From assembly GCF_001194135.2 (NCBI RefSeq), contig NC_068997.1:19215001-19279000 (forward strand): a stretch of 64,000 nucleotides of DNA. The letters run 5' to 3'. Below the pieces are notes generated by a model. The model did no database searches. It was not told where the DNA came from and was given only the letters and a program-made list of their open reading frames with translations. A program made the translations under genes and the position numbers. Positions 51,961-64,000 of this stretch are shown here, one piece after another; within the stretch, counting starts at the first letter, position 1; every line of letters begins with the position of its first letter. Source of the stretch: Octopus bimaculoides (Eukaryota).

Positions 51961-52476
51961 AATCCTTGTATTAATGTGATAGATAGTTTGTTTTTTTTTG
52001 TTTCTGGCAAACTAGCACTTGTTTACTTATTCTTTTGTAATAATGTACTGTTAATCCTAAACGTCATCTCCCTATTAAATCTACAGTACTGTTGGAAGTC
52101 AACATTTAGTGCTTGTATATCTGATATTTAATTCTGTGTATCACTACAGATAATGAGCTAATGAGGCTGTTTTTAATTGTTCACCTGAGTTAGAACTTAT
52201 GTAACTTGGCCAGTACTCAACCAAGTAATGATCCATTTAATTGGATCTTTACTCAACAAAGTAATGACTCATTTAACTCGAGCATTGTTCATCTGAGTAA
52301 TGGGTTATCTAACTGAAATATTGATTACCTGAGTATTTTCTCATATAACTGTGTTATTACTTAGCTGAGTGTTGGTTCATTGAACTGACTCATCACTTGT
52401 TTGAGTGTAGCTCATTGCTAGTTTGAGTAACAGTTTATTTGACTAGGTTATTCAATTGAGTTAATATGAGTGGACC

Positions 52477-52671
52477 TTAAGGTGATGAGTTGGCAGAAAT
52501 CGTTAGCAACATTTCATCCATCTTTGTGTTCTGAGTTCAAATTTGGCCAAGGTTGATTTTGTCTGTTATCCTTTCAAGGTCAATAAAATAAGTACCAGTT
52601 GAGCACTGGGGTCGATTTAATCAACTTACCCCTCCCCCAAAATTGCTGGCCTTGTGCCAGAATTTCAAATC
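52477..52671 (+). mobile_element. SINE copy with perfect 14-bp TSD
   Basis: AATATGAGTGGACC at 52463-52476 and 52672-52685. Confidence 0.88.
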
Positions 52672-52996
52672 AATATGAGTGGACCCTGGAAGTAGCATAG
52701 CTTGGGTATTGAATTTGACCACCCATTCTTTGACTATAACTTACTTTCAACATATGCTTACTCCTGCTCGACCCTCCCTGCCAAAAAAAAGTGCCACCAT
52801 ATGTAGTTTGTACACTATACACATATCCCTTGCAACACCACTGGGTCTTGGTATAGCTAAGTCAACTGCATTTTTTTTTTCCTTGTTAATCCAATTCAAA
52901 GAATATAATCCCATATGCAAAAGCAAGCCCTCACCTTAACCATCATCTCACTTCTCAAACTGATCATTTTCATATTTGCATTTGTTTTCTCACCAG

Positions 52997-53118
52997 TCTC
53001 AAGCCTCTGGAGGTGATGAAGATGATGGTATGCCACAAGTCAACCAAAATGGATCTGCTTCATCTTACCAAAATCAGACTTTAACCAAAAGAAAAATTTT
53101 TCTTTTGAATTCTCCAAG
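52997..53118 (+). CDS. fry: furry exon 30 (SQASGGDEDDGMPQVNQNGSASSYQNQTLTKRKIFLLNSP)
   Basis: caccag / gttagt; phase 0 to 2 bridges exons 29 and 31. Confidence 0.85.
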
Positions 53119-53303
53119 GTTAGTTGTTATTGCTTTGAACCATCATCATCATCATTATTATGTTGTTGTTTAGCCCTTGTCAGTCCTGATAGAGTTTGAC
53201 CTGTCAAAAATTTGTTTTACTCAAATTCTTCCGAAGTATTGGGATTGATATAATCACCTCCTCCTTCCACTCTGGAATTTCTGTCCTTGTACCGAAGTAA
53301 GAA

Positions 53304-53359
<56 letters not shown>

Positions 53360-53410
53360 CATCATTATTATTATTATTATCATTATTATTATCATTATTA
53401 TCATTATTAC

Positions 53411-53461
<51 letters not shown>

Positions 53462-53475
53462 CATTATTGTTATTG

Positions 53476-53519
<44 letters not shown>

Positions 53520-53544
53520 ATTATTATTATTACTATTATTACTA

Positions 53545-53575
<31 letters not shown>

Positions 53576-53587
53576 TATTATTATTAC

Positions 53588-53627
<40 letters not shown>
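53304..53627. repeat. about 320-bp interrupted (ATT)n microsatellite
   Basis: direct reading; other long SSRs: (CT)n 4602-4702 and 14757-14812, (AAT)n 29983-30078, (CA)n 43291-43346, (ATT)n 54160-54235. Confidence 0.97.
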
Positions 53628-54157
53628 GAGTGAGAGAGCAAGGCATACCATCAACATGGCACTGGGGTAAAATATACGAAACCCAGAATACCCATCATGA
53701 CTACCCATCTGATAAGGGTACACCAGGCACAAGCATCACGACCATATGTGCATAACATGATAACCTTATATCAAGATAAACAGCACATGACCTTACGGGG
53801 TCAATAACATAGCTTCCAATCAAGTACTGGGGGGGTCAATGTAATCGACTTCCCTGCCCCTCAAACTTACTGGCCCTGGGCTAATATAATAAACAATTAC
53901 TATTAAGGTGACAAGCTGACAGAAATGTTAGCATGCCGGAGAAATTGCTTTGTGGCATTTCATCTGTCTTTGCATTCTGAGTTCAAATTCTGCTGAGGTC
54001 AACTTCACCTGTCAACCTTTTGGGGTTGATAAAATATGTACCAGTCAAGTTCTGGGATCAATGAAATCAACTAGCTCCTTTGCCCCAAAATTTCTGGTGT
54101 CCATTGTAGTAAGGATTATTATCATTACTGTTATTATTATTATTATTGGTGTTGTTG

Positions 54158-54234
<77 letters not shown>

Positions 54235-54611
54235 GTTGTTGTTGTTGTCATTATTGGCAAGCTGGCAGCATTGTTAGCACACCAGGCAAAATTCTTAGCA
54301 GCATTTCTTCTGTCCTTACATTCTGAGTTCAAATTCCACTGAGGTTGACTTTGCCTTTCGTCCTTCCGGGGTCAATAAATTAAGTACCAGTGTANNNNNN
54401 NNNNNNNNNNNNNNNNNNNNNNNNNNNNNNNNNNNNNNNNNNNNNNNNNNNNNNNNNNNNNNNNNNNNNNNNNNNNNNNNNNNNNNNNNNNNNNNNNNNN
54501 NNNNNNNNNNNNNNNNNNNNNNNNNNNNNNNNNNNNNNNNNNNNNNNNNNNNNNNNNNNNNNNNNNNNNNNNNNNNNNNNNNNNNNNNNNNNNNNNNNNN
54601 NNNNNNNNNNN

Positions 54612-54667
<56 letters not shown>

Positions 54668-54936
54668 AACTACTAAGAGTTGGTGGGTAACAGAATCTTG
54701 GTAAAAGATACTTGCCCAGGATGCCACAAAGAAGAATTGAACCTAGGACCTCATGATTATAAAGGAAACTTCTTAACCAGTCAACTACGAAAGTGTGCTT
54801 ATTCGTGCACATACGTGTGTGTATGTGTGTGTGTGTATGTAAAATCAGCAAACATCATCCTCATCATCACACTTGCATGTGTGCAATCATATTTTTCAAA
54901 GATTAATTCTATTCCATTATATTTCTTTTCTTTAAG

Positions 54937-55144
54937 CCCAGTCCCTGATGCTGAACCAACCCCAACACAACCTTCTGCTGTGCCGTCTTTCAGTCTCACC
55001 AACATTTCCAATTGTGCCTTCCATTTCAACATTCACAGTGAAGCTATTGAGGATGCTTGGAAGACTCATGTATCCGATGTTCTCAACACTTCTTCATCAG
55101 AACATGTCATATACACTTGCCAAATTTTCCCACGTTTATATAAG
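54937..55144 (+). CDS. fry: furry exon 31 (SPVPDAEPTPT...EAIEDAWKTHVSDVLNTSSSEHVIYTCQIFPRLYK)
   Basis: tttaag (AAG) acceptor / gttcgt; E.AW..HV motif of the Fry C-terminal region. Confidence 0.9.
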
Positions 55145-55873
55145 GTTCGTGCTGCTTCTTTTCCATCTTGGTTTCAGTTTTGGCATCAGTTGAAAGGGGT
55201 TAACTGTTTAAATGATAATTATATATATATATATATNNNNNNNNNNNNNNNNNNNNNNNNNNNNNNNNNNNNNNNNNNNNNNNNNNNNNNNNNNNNNNNN
55301 NNNNNNNNNNNNNNNNNNNNNNNNNNNNNNNNNNNNNNNNNNNNNNNNNNNNNNNNNNNNNNNNNNNNNNNNNNNNNNNNNNNNNNNNNNNNNNNNATAT
55401 GCAAAAAAGAAATGAAACTCACTACTTCTGACTTCTTAGTCTTAATGTGTTACTACTGTTTGCAATGTTGAACTACAACTTGCCATGGTACCAATTTATG
55501 GCTTCATGAACTGGCCACTGAGAGCCAAGTGTTTTTTAGCTGCGGACACAATGCGGTATTTCAACTGGCTTTACATTCTGAGTTCAAATTCTGCCAAAGT
55601 CGACTTCGCCTTTCATCCTTTCAGGGTCAATTAAATAAGTACCAATTGCGTACTGGGGTTGATGTAATCGACTTAATCCCTTTGTCTGTCCTTGTTTGTT
55701 CCCTCTGTGTTTAGCCCCCTGTGGGCAATAAACAAATAAATATATATGAACCCTCTGTAGCTTGACAACCTACTAAGTTGGCCTTCCAAACAGTATGCTT
55801 TCCATTTTTTCTTTTTTATAAATTTTGTTTGTGATCATTTCAGATTGATTGAACATTTTTTAATCTTTTATAG

Positions 55874-55964
55874 GATTTATATAAACAAGTTTTAACACTT
55901 AGCAAAGAAGTCTGTTATTATCTTCACAAGGCTGAATCGTTTAAAGAACTTGCTCAAGATTTTG
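55874..55964 (+). CDS. fry: furry exon 32 (DLYKQVLTLSKEVCYYLHKAESFKELAQDF), ends at U12-type ATATCCTTT donor
   Basis: ttatag acceptor; no GT donor that restores frame; G/ATATCCTTT matches the minor-class donor. Confidence 0.88.
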
Positions 55965-56176
55965 ATATCCTTTGGAAATGTTACCATTTTTATTTATTTA
56001 TTTTTTACCGAGTCGTAGGAGTAGCTGTGTGGTAAGTAGCTTGCTTACCAACCACATGGTTCCATGTTCAGTTCCACTGCATGGCACCTTGGGCAAGTGT
56101 CTTCTACCATAGCCTCGGGCCAACCAAAGCCTTGTGAGTGGATTTGGTAGGCAGAAACTGAAAGAAGCCCGTCGTG

Positions 56177-56213
<37 letters not shown>

Positions 56214-57697
56214 TTGTGTGTATATGTTTGTGAGTCTGTGTTTATCCCCCCAACATCGCTTGACAACCGATGCTGGTGTGTTTACATCCCCGTAACTTAG
56301 CAGTTCGGCAAAAGAGACCGATAGAATAAGTACTAAGCTTACAAAGAATAAGTCCTGGGGTCGATTTGCTCGATTAAAGGCGGTGCTCCAGCATGGCCAC
56401 AGTCAAATGACTGAAGCAAGTAAAAGAGAGATGAAAGAGAGCACTTTGCATATCTGTTGTTTTATTTTTTTTAAACAGTAAATTAGTCAGATGACAATGG
56501 ACAGTATACATAATATTTATAGGTCCTCTCAACAACAGCTGGCATTAGAATAGTTGATGAACTACCTGGGTATCTGTAGAAAGGATCTAGTCCAAATGCT
56601 TGTTGCAGCAGAGCAAACTCCACTCAAAGCACTGCAACACCAATTATTAGTGATGTTAAATCTACATGTGTGTCCTTCCTTTGCAAAACATTGTGCCTTT
56701 TTACACCTCTTTATGCCAAAATGGTAAAACTTAGCTGTTCAATAAATAGAGATCATTAAAAATAATATAGACTGAAATAAGTAGTGGACTTGATACGATC
56801 AACTATAACCCTTGAAAGCTGTGCCCCAGCACGGCCATATTCTAATGATTTAAAACCAGTTAATTCTTTAGCATTCATCTTAGTCTGGACCGGGCTGTGT
56901 TGTGTTCTTGAGCAAGACACTTTATTTCATGTTGCTCCAGTTCACTCAGTTGTAGAAATGAGTTGCGACGTCACTGGTGCCAAGCTGTATCAGCCTTTGC
57001 CTTTCCCTTGGATAACATCAGTGGTGTGGAGAGAGAGTGGGGGAGGCTGGTATGCATGGGTGACTGCCGGTCTTCCATAAACAACTTTGCCCAGACTTGT
57101 GCCTCGGAAGGTAACTTTCTAGGTGCAATCCAATGGTCATTCGTGACCGAAGGGAGTCTTTACCCTTTTGTATTAATCATGCCATTATCTCTTAGCTTTA
57201 AGATTTCAATGATGTGATTGTTTATTTTTAGAATGATATTGTAGGGTAGGTGTGAAAGGCTGGATCTGGCTGGTTTGAACATTCAGCATATATAATACTT
57301 AGGCCAGATATGGCCAGTTTAAACACTAAAGGTTAAAAAATAAAACTATACCTGTTGTTATAGAAATTGAAAAGAAAATATCACAGCCTTTTTATTGATC
57401 TATGAAAGACCTTCCTGTATTTCTCTTATATCCTTTTATGTTAAGGTCTCCTACATCTTTTGCTCCTTGCTAGATTGAGAAAGTAAGTAGTGAAGGAATT
57501 ATTAGGGTTGATATGGCTGACTAAAACTATTGAAGGTGGTGGTGGTGGTGCCCCAGCATAGCTGCAGATGATTGAGTGGAACCTGTGAACCTGTTAAAGA
57601 ACCAAAGAACAAAAAAGAATATTTTTAATCTTAGTTCCTGTAACAGTTTGGTTAACACAAATAAAACGATAAATATGTTCTTTAACTCCTTGTTCAC
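55965..57697 (+). other. U12-type (minor spliceosome) AT-AC intron
   Basis: 5' end ATATCCTTT; branch site TTCTTTAAC at 57678-57686; AC 3' end 12 nt after the branch A; joining restores the frame. Confidence 0.88.
56010..56430 (+). mobile_element. near full-length SINE with internal TA/TG microsatellite, inside the U12 intron
   Basis: tRNA-like head gtcgtaggagtagctgtgtggtaag...gttcagttcc; fragments at 4975, 8740, 22180, 25970, 30340. Confidence 0.85.
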
Positions 57698-57762
57698 AAC
57701 AGATTATGCAGATGCTGTTCACAAAAATTGATTGTCCCTTTGTTTTCATGATGTCCAAGTCG
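57698..57762 (+). CDS. fry: furry exon 33 (EQIMQMLFTKIDCPFVFMMSKS), starts after AC acceptor
   Basis: TTCTTTAAC branch site then ttcac/; donor gtaagt; QML....DCPF.F parallels vertebrate QML...SECPTLF; alternative start 57701. Confidence 0.85.
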
Positions 57763-58505
57763 GTAAGTCAATAAAATTTGACAGTTTTCAAATTTTATTA
57801 TTGTTATTCAAATAATGCCTAAGTCAACTTAACTTTTCATCTTTTGGGGTCAATTAGATATGGTACTAGTGAATATTATTGTTGTTGTTGTTGTTGTTGT
57901 TAAGACAGCAAGCTGGCAGAATCATTAGCACACCACTTGAAAAGCTTCCCAGTAATTCACTTGCCACTACATTTTGAGTTCAAATTCCACCAGGGTCAAC
58001 TTTGCCTTTCATTCCTTTCAGGGTCAATAAATTAAGTACCAGTGAAATACTGGTATTTATGTAATCAGCTATTTCCCTCCCTCAAAATGTCAGGACTTTT
58101 GCCTTTACTAAAAAGGATTATTATTATTATTATTAAAGCAGTGAGCTGGCAGAATAGTTAGCACACCAGGCAAAATGCATTTTGTCCATCTTTACATTCT
58201 GATTTCAAACTCTGTTGAGGTTGACTTGGCCTTTCATCCGTTTGGGGGTTGATAAATTAAGTACAAGTGAAATATTGGGGTCAGTGTAATTGACTAGCAC
58301 CCTCCCCCAAATTTCAGACCTTGTTCCTATAGTAGAAAGGATTATTATTACTATTCTGATGATGATGATGATAATGATAATGATGGTTCTAATGTCTGCT
58401 TTACCAAGCTTGCTTGCATGGGTCAGACAGAAATTTTTGAGGTTGATTTTTCTGTTGCTGGGTGTCTGTCCTGTCATCAACTCTTGCTTGTTTCCAAGCA
58501 AGGTA

Positions 58506-58539
<34 letters not shown>

Positions 58540-58689
58540 GATCCACCTTACTCACTTATGAAAATATAATATGTCTAATTATTGCTTAAACATAAGTGGC
58601 AATAAAATCATCATTGATGCCCCAATGATCTAATAATTTCTTTAGAAATTTTTGTATGATATTGAATTGAATTAAATTTTATTCTCTAG

Positions 58690-58788
58690 ACGTTAGACTC
58701 CAATGTTGTCAATAAGCACAAATTTTGCCTCCTGGAACTCCGAGAATGCATGGATACTTTCAGGTTGAGGAGAGATCAAGCTAAAGAG
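58690..58788 (+). CDS. fry: furry exon 34 (TLDSNVVNKHKFCLLELRECMDTFRLRRDQAKE)
   Basis: ctctag / gtaaag; KF..LEL.E..DT motif. Confidence 0.94.
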
Positions 58789-60020
58789 GTAAAGTGATGT
58801 TTAACAGTTAATTTTTTCCCTTCTTATATTCTTCTAATCGTAAACTATGTTTATCATTGGTTTACCCAGTGATCTCAGGCAATTTCACTGCCATGTTAAG
58901 TAGTTGTTTTTATATCTGTTCTGGAACTTTATATTGTACATAAAAAATAACCTTAGGAAAGGATCTGTGTTAAAACAAAAATCATTTAATAAAATACACA
59001 AATCATCAGAGACCAAACTACCATATTTTCCAGTATACAAATCTAATTTTTCAAACCAAACTTTACAGCCAAAATCGGTAGTTCAGCTACATCAAAACCA
59101 GTTCAGGGGACCAAATGCAGCAGGATTTGGTAAAATAGTGGCAATGTCTGAATGTTTACATTACATATTTACACTAGATAGTACTTTCACTTGAGTACCA
59201 AGAAATATGATAATTAATATTTAGTGTGGATCATCATCATCATCATTTAACGTCCGTTGTCCATACTGGCATGGGTTGGTTGGTTTCACCAGAGCTGCAT
59301 CAAACTCCAGTCTGATTTGGTATGGTTTCTATGGCTGGATGTCCTTCCTAGCACCAACCACTTTACAGAGTGTGTTGGGTGCTTTTATGTGGCACTGCCA
59401 CAAGTGCTTTTCACTACCAGAGAGGCTGGTCTTAGAACTTCAGCCCTGGAATACAAGTTTTCTTGAGTACAGCAAGATGCCAGTTAGAATTGCCACTGGA
59501 TCACATGAGCTCCTCCACCTTTTAAATGTAATTATTAAAAATTAGGTTAATACTTCAAACACATGTAACCTTTTTAACTGGCCATGAATTTGCTATGTCA
59601 TCACAAGTTTCTGGATTTGATCCTACTGCATGGAATTTTGAGCAAATGTCATTTATCATAGACCTCAGGGAAAATTGGGGAGATGGAATCTGTGAGGAAA
59701 TCTATTAGAGAGCCTGCTTGTTTTTGTATAAAAATCTTCACCCATTGTCTGATTTAATACTATAATGTGTCTCTGAGTGCTTTTAGTGGAGTCCACTGTA
59801 TTACAAACATTCAGAGCAGGTTTTCAATCTGAGGACAACTCAATACTTTGAAGTAACAATAACACAGAAAATGTAGCTACTTACTTCTTCGATTTCCTCT
59901 ATTAGTCTTGGAGACTTTAAAAACATCACAGATACTGCCATTCCTCCTATGACTAAACCATTAAATAAATACAACCTAATCTCAAGACATTTAGATATTG
60001 AAATTGTGTTTTATTTTCAG

Positions 60021-60092
60021 AGCCTCAACATCATTATTTCATCTGAGAAACAGAATGGTTCAGATTTAAATTCAACTTTCCACAGCAGAGAG
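60021..60092 (+). CDS. fry: furry exon 35 (SLNIIISSEKQNGSDLNSTFHSRE)
   Basis: tttcag / gtatgc; phase 0-0; weak homology only. Confidence 0.8.
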
Positions 60093-60503
60093 GTATGCCA
60101 TGTGTTTTGTTAGTATGTCTTTCTTTACATGTCTTTCACTCTATATATCTTTTATATCCTTGTGGATAAACAGCGGGGAAAGAATTTACACAATGCAATA
60201 CAATCACTATTACACGAAACTCAATGCTCTCTATCAATGGCTCACAGTGACTGCCAATCACTCACAGTTCCTTGTTTTATAGCAATGGATCAGTCCATCT
60301 TTGGTCACTTGTGGGGGTGGTCGGAATCCTTCCACATCAATATCATTCTGTGTGTTTTTCTATCAACATGTCACTCTTCCTGTCCAATGGTAATTTTTCT
60401 GTCTACATTTTTGTATGTAAGCCCATTTCTCTATACATTAGCTAGTCTCTCTCCACCCCTCTACACATCACCCAGTATGTCTACCCTACTCCACACAGCA
60501 GGC

Positions 60504-60541
<38 letters not shown>

Positions 60542-61210
60542 CTCTCCCCTCTCTCTCTCCCTCTCTCTCTCNNNNNNNNNNNNNNNNNNNNNNNNNNNNN
60601 NNNNNNNNNNTCTTACTCTCTCTCTCTCTCCCCTCTCACCTCTCTCTCTCTCTCTCTCCCCTCTCTCTCTCTCTCTCTTTCCCCCCCTCTCTATCTCTCT
60701 CTCTTCTACATTTGTCTGGCCACAATTAGTCTTGTTTCAACCAACACAACAATTATGTCATTGACTTCTCCTTTATTGTGAACCCCTAAGTGAAGTCACA
60801 TGGCTTAGTGGTCAGAGTATTCAGCTACAATCATTAGGTCATGAGTTCAATACCTGGTGGCACACCATGTCCTTGAACAAGACATTTTATTTCACATTGC
60901 TCCAGTCCACTCAGCTGGCAAAGATGAGTTGTACCTGTAGTTCTAAGGGCCAGCCTTATCACATTCTGTGTCATGCTGAATCTCCCTGAGAATTACTTTA
61001 AAGATACACCAGCTGTTCTATTGATCAGATCAACTGGAACCCCCATCATTATAACTGGCAAAGTATCAGTAATTATTGTCTGCATATCAGTTTGTCATTT
61101 TGTCCATCTTTATATCAGATGTTCTTTTTTAAAATAGACTCAGGACCAGAGATGGGACCTCAACCAATCTCAAATGCTTACCATTTACAATGCTATTCTT
61201 TCAATTTCAG

Positions 61211-61321
61211 AAATTAAACATGTGCCGCTGTCTCTACAAACTAATTTTTCAACTGATGTCGTTGTTTGAAAGTTACTCCAAAGTTCTGGACATTGTATAT
61301 AATGTGGACATTCCCACCCAG
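61211..61321 (+). CDS. fry: furry exon 36 (KLNMCRCLYKLIFQLMSLFESYSKVLDIVYNVDIPTQ)
   Basis: tttcag / gtacaa; CR.LYKL.FQL..L.ESY.K motif. Confidence 0.95.
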
Positions 61322-61739
61322 GTACAACAAATTGCATTTTTAATTTTTATCTTCTATAAAAATTTTTTTAAATACTTCACTCCTGAGGACAATAATGACG
61401 ACGACGACGACGATGATGATGATGATGATGATAATTATTATTATTACTTTTTTTTATTAAGGCAGCAAGCTGGCAGAATCGTTAGCACGCAAGGTGAAAT
61501 GCTTAGTGGTATTTCATTAGTCTTCACGTTCCAATTCCTTCGAGCTGGCAGAATCGTTAACTCACCTGACGAAATGCTTAGCAGTATTTCGCCTGTCACT
61601 GAGTTCAAATTCCGCCGAGGTCGACTTTACTTTTCATCCTTACAGGGTCGATAAATTAAGTACCAGTTGAGTACTGGGGTCGATGTAATTGACTACCCAC
61701 CTGCCCCAAATTTCAGGCCTTGTGCCTATAATAGAAAGG

Positions 61740-61781
<42 letters not shown>

Positions 61782-62315
61782 GTTATTATTATTGCTATTA
61801 TTATTAAGGCGGCGAGCTAGCAGAAGCATTTGCACGTCAGGCAAGATGCTTAGCAGCATTTCATCCATCTCTATGTTAGGAGTTTAAGATCTGCTGAGGT
61901 CAACTTTGCCTTTCATCCTTCCAGGGTCAATGAGATAAATTTTGCTGTTCATCCTTTCAAGCTCGATAAATTAAATACCAGTGAAAGACTGAGGTCAATG
62001 TAATCGACTTACTCCTCTCCACAAAATTTCAGGCCTTGTGCCTATAGTAGAAAAGCTTATTATTATTATTATTACTATTAAATTGAATAGACTACTGCTG
62101 CTCCAACACATCATCTCTGTATGTGTGTATAAGTACAAGTTATATTATGCAATAGAAATTTCTGTAGGGTCAAAGGATCACCAAAACCCAAGCAGAGACC
62201 ACAACAGGACAGTTTGCTTAGTATATAGAACTGATATGTAACAAGGTAAATGGAGAAAGAAACACACCCCTCCTCACTACTTCTAATTAAGAAATGTTTC
62301 TGTTTACTTTTCTAG

Positions 62316-62512
62316 GTCATTAATATATCCATATCAGTTACAGCTATAAAGAAGAATCTTACCCAAATCTGGATGGACTTGGAAAATGGGCACAACAACC
62401 TCTTTGACTTGGATTCTAATGCTGAAACCAAAGAGGAAGTTGTTGCCTGCCTAATTCAGTATATAACGGCACACCATTATCTTCAGGCTCTACAGTTGTT
62501 ACGTCTTTTCAG
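62316..62512 (+). CDS. fry: furry exon 37 (VINISISVTAIKKNL...HHYLQALQLLRLFR); next exon lies beyond the window
   Basis: ttctag / gtgaca; terminal AL..LR.FR junction typical of Furry. Confidence 0.92.
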
Positions 62513-62606
62513 GTGACAAATCTTATATAAATATCTATTCTCAGTGACTGGCATTTCAGGCTTTTGTGTTTGTGTGTATATCTGTCTGTCTATATGTATG
62601 TATGTT

Positions 62607-63379
62607 CCGTAAATCCTCGAGTATAATCTGCATTATTTTCCAAAAATTTAAAGGTCAAAATCCCTAGTGCGTACTATATACGAGGTTAAAAATGAAAAAT
62701 ATTTTCTAAGCAATGTCCGAGTCTCTATTTGCTGTCCGGCAATGTTTATTCAGACGCATTTTGTGATGTCAGGTGCGAAAATACCTCAAACTAAGCCTGA
62801 AAGCAATGAAGTCATAAAAGAATCATCCATAACTTGCAGTAAGCAACATTTATTAAAATAAAAGTGTTGTATATCGTCTGCACTGGATGGTACTCAGGAT
62901 GACGTGTGGAAAGATGAAATAAATGAAAGTGAATCTTCTGATGTTGACTATGAATCTGACGATGACGGAGATTTAAACTACAATGATGCTGACATGTTTA
63001 CATGCTGAAAGTGACATTGAATTTGAAGGATTTGAATAAATGTTTTTGCTTTTGCTTTTGCAACTGATAGTGATAAATATGTGAAAGGCAATTTACTTAA
63101 TATTTATTTTTCACTGACGTTATTTCTGTTATTTCTTTATTTTCTGCAAACAAAGTGCACAAAAAAAGCTACATGCTTGCATTATGTTATATATACAATA
63201 ATAATAAAGGACGTTACCGTATATACGTTTACAAACAAAGGACGTTATATAGACCTCATTGACTCAAGTTAGAGAAGGGGTGCGTATTATACACAGGGTT
63301 TAGCTTTTTCAGAGGTACAGCCCCCTAAAAATCCCCTGCATATTATACTCAAGGGCGGACTATACTCGAGGATTTATGG
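62607..63379 (+). mobile_element. internally deleted pogo/Tigger-like DNA transposon
   Basis: 22-bp TIRs ccgtaaatcctcgagtataatc / gactatactcgaggatttatgg, TA on the right; remnant KCCISSALDGTQDDVW plus acidic tail from 62862. Confidence 0.82.
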
Positions 63380-63929
63380 TAGGTATGTATGTATGTATGT
63401 ATATTGTTATTCAGTTTTATTTCAAGATTTCTTGCGAATAGAGAAAGAACTGGTTTCTAACCTAGATCCAAAGCTCCTTCATTGGAATTTCAACATCAAG
63501 AACAGGGTGTGTATGTATGTATGTGTGTGTGTGTGTGTGTGTGTGTCTGTGCATGCAGATTTGTATATTTTGTTTTATGTATGTATTCTCATGCATACAG
63601 TTGCACGCCTAGACATGCTGATGTACACTTAAGTGATAAACTTATGGAAAGCTTTACAGACTTTTACAGTTCCAGTGATGGATCTGTAGTCTTTGAACCA
63701 GCTTTCTCCATTCTGGTTTTATGTATGTGTGTGTGTATGTTTGTTTTTACAGTCATTATTCCGTGCTAGGTGTAAAAATAATCAGGTAGATGAACATTGA
63801 GTGTGTATAACATACATCACCCATACACACACACACATGGACATATAGATACATACACACACATAATACAACATATTTAACTGTGTGTGTGTGTGTATGT
63901 CTGTGTGTAAACACAGCAGGTTGTATGTA

Positions 63930-64000
<71 letters not shown>

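Noticed and set aside
53204-53732. Poly-Ile, poly-Asn and poly-Leu ORFs
   Set aside because: Translations of the (ATT)n microsatellite; same for poly-SL, RE and HT ORFs elsewhere.
54937-54941. CAG at 54939-54941 as the exon 31 acceptor
   Set aside because: Gives AGT CCC TGA (stop); the upstream AAG keeps the frame.
60283-60303. 21-nt in-frame microexon candidate (QWISPSL)
   Set aside because: Donor GTCACT is very weak; kept only as something to glance at in RNA-seq.

Overview
AT-rich, microsatellite- and SINE-dense animal genomic DNA with about 12 N-gaps. The repeat content suggests a cephalopod, most likely Octopus (inference). The whole window lies inside one + strand gene, a furry (fry; FRY/FRYL, Tao3/Mor2/SAX-2 family) homolog. 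I traced by hand 37 coding exons from 3511 to 62512 that join into one open frame of 5388 nt (about 1795 codons, middle and C-terminal part of the protein). The start and stop codons lie outside the window. The six-frame ORF track misses most of these exons, and its long ORFs are N-gap or microsatellite artefacts. The most interesting signals are in splicing: a minor-spliceosome (U12-type) AT-AC intron at 55965-57697, an 18-nt frame-preserving microexon candidate with UGC motifs at 45595-45612 inside the longest (12.7 kb) intron, a weaker 15-nt candidate at 44974-44988, and a GC-AG donor candidate at 18310. The introns hold several tRNA-derived SINE families (three copies with clear target-site duplications), RTE, L1/Tx1-like and RLE (R4-like) LINE remnants, two copies of a non-autonomous Helitron (one showing TTAGGG repeats), a HINE-like element, TTAA-type MITEs, a pogo-like remnant and structured minisatellites. 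Homology statements rest on my recollection of family sequences, not on database searches.
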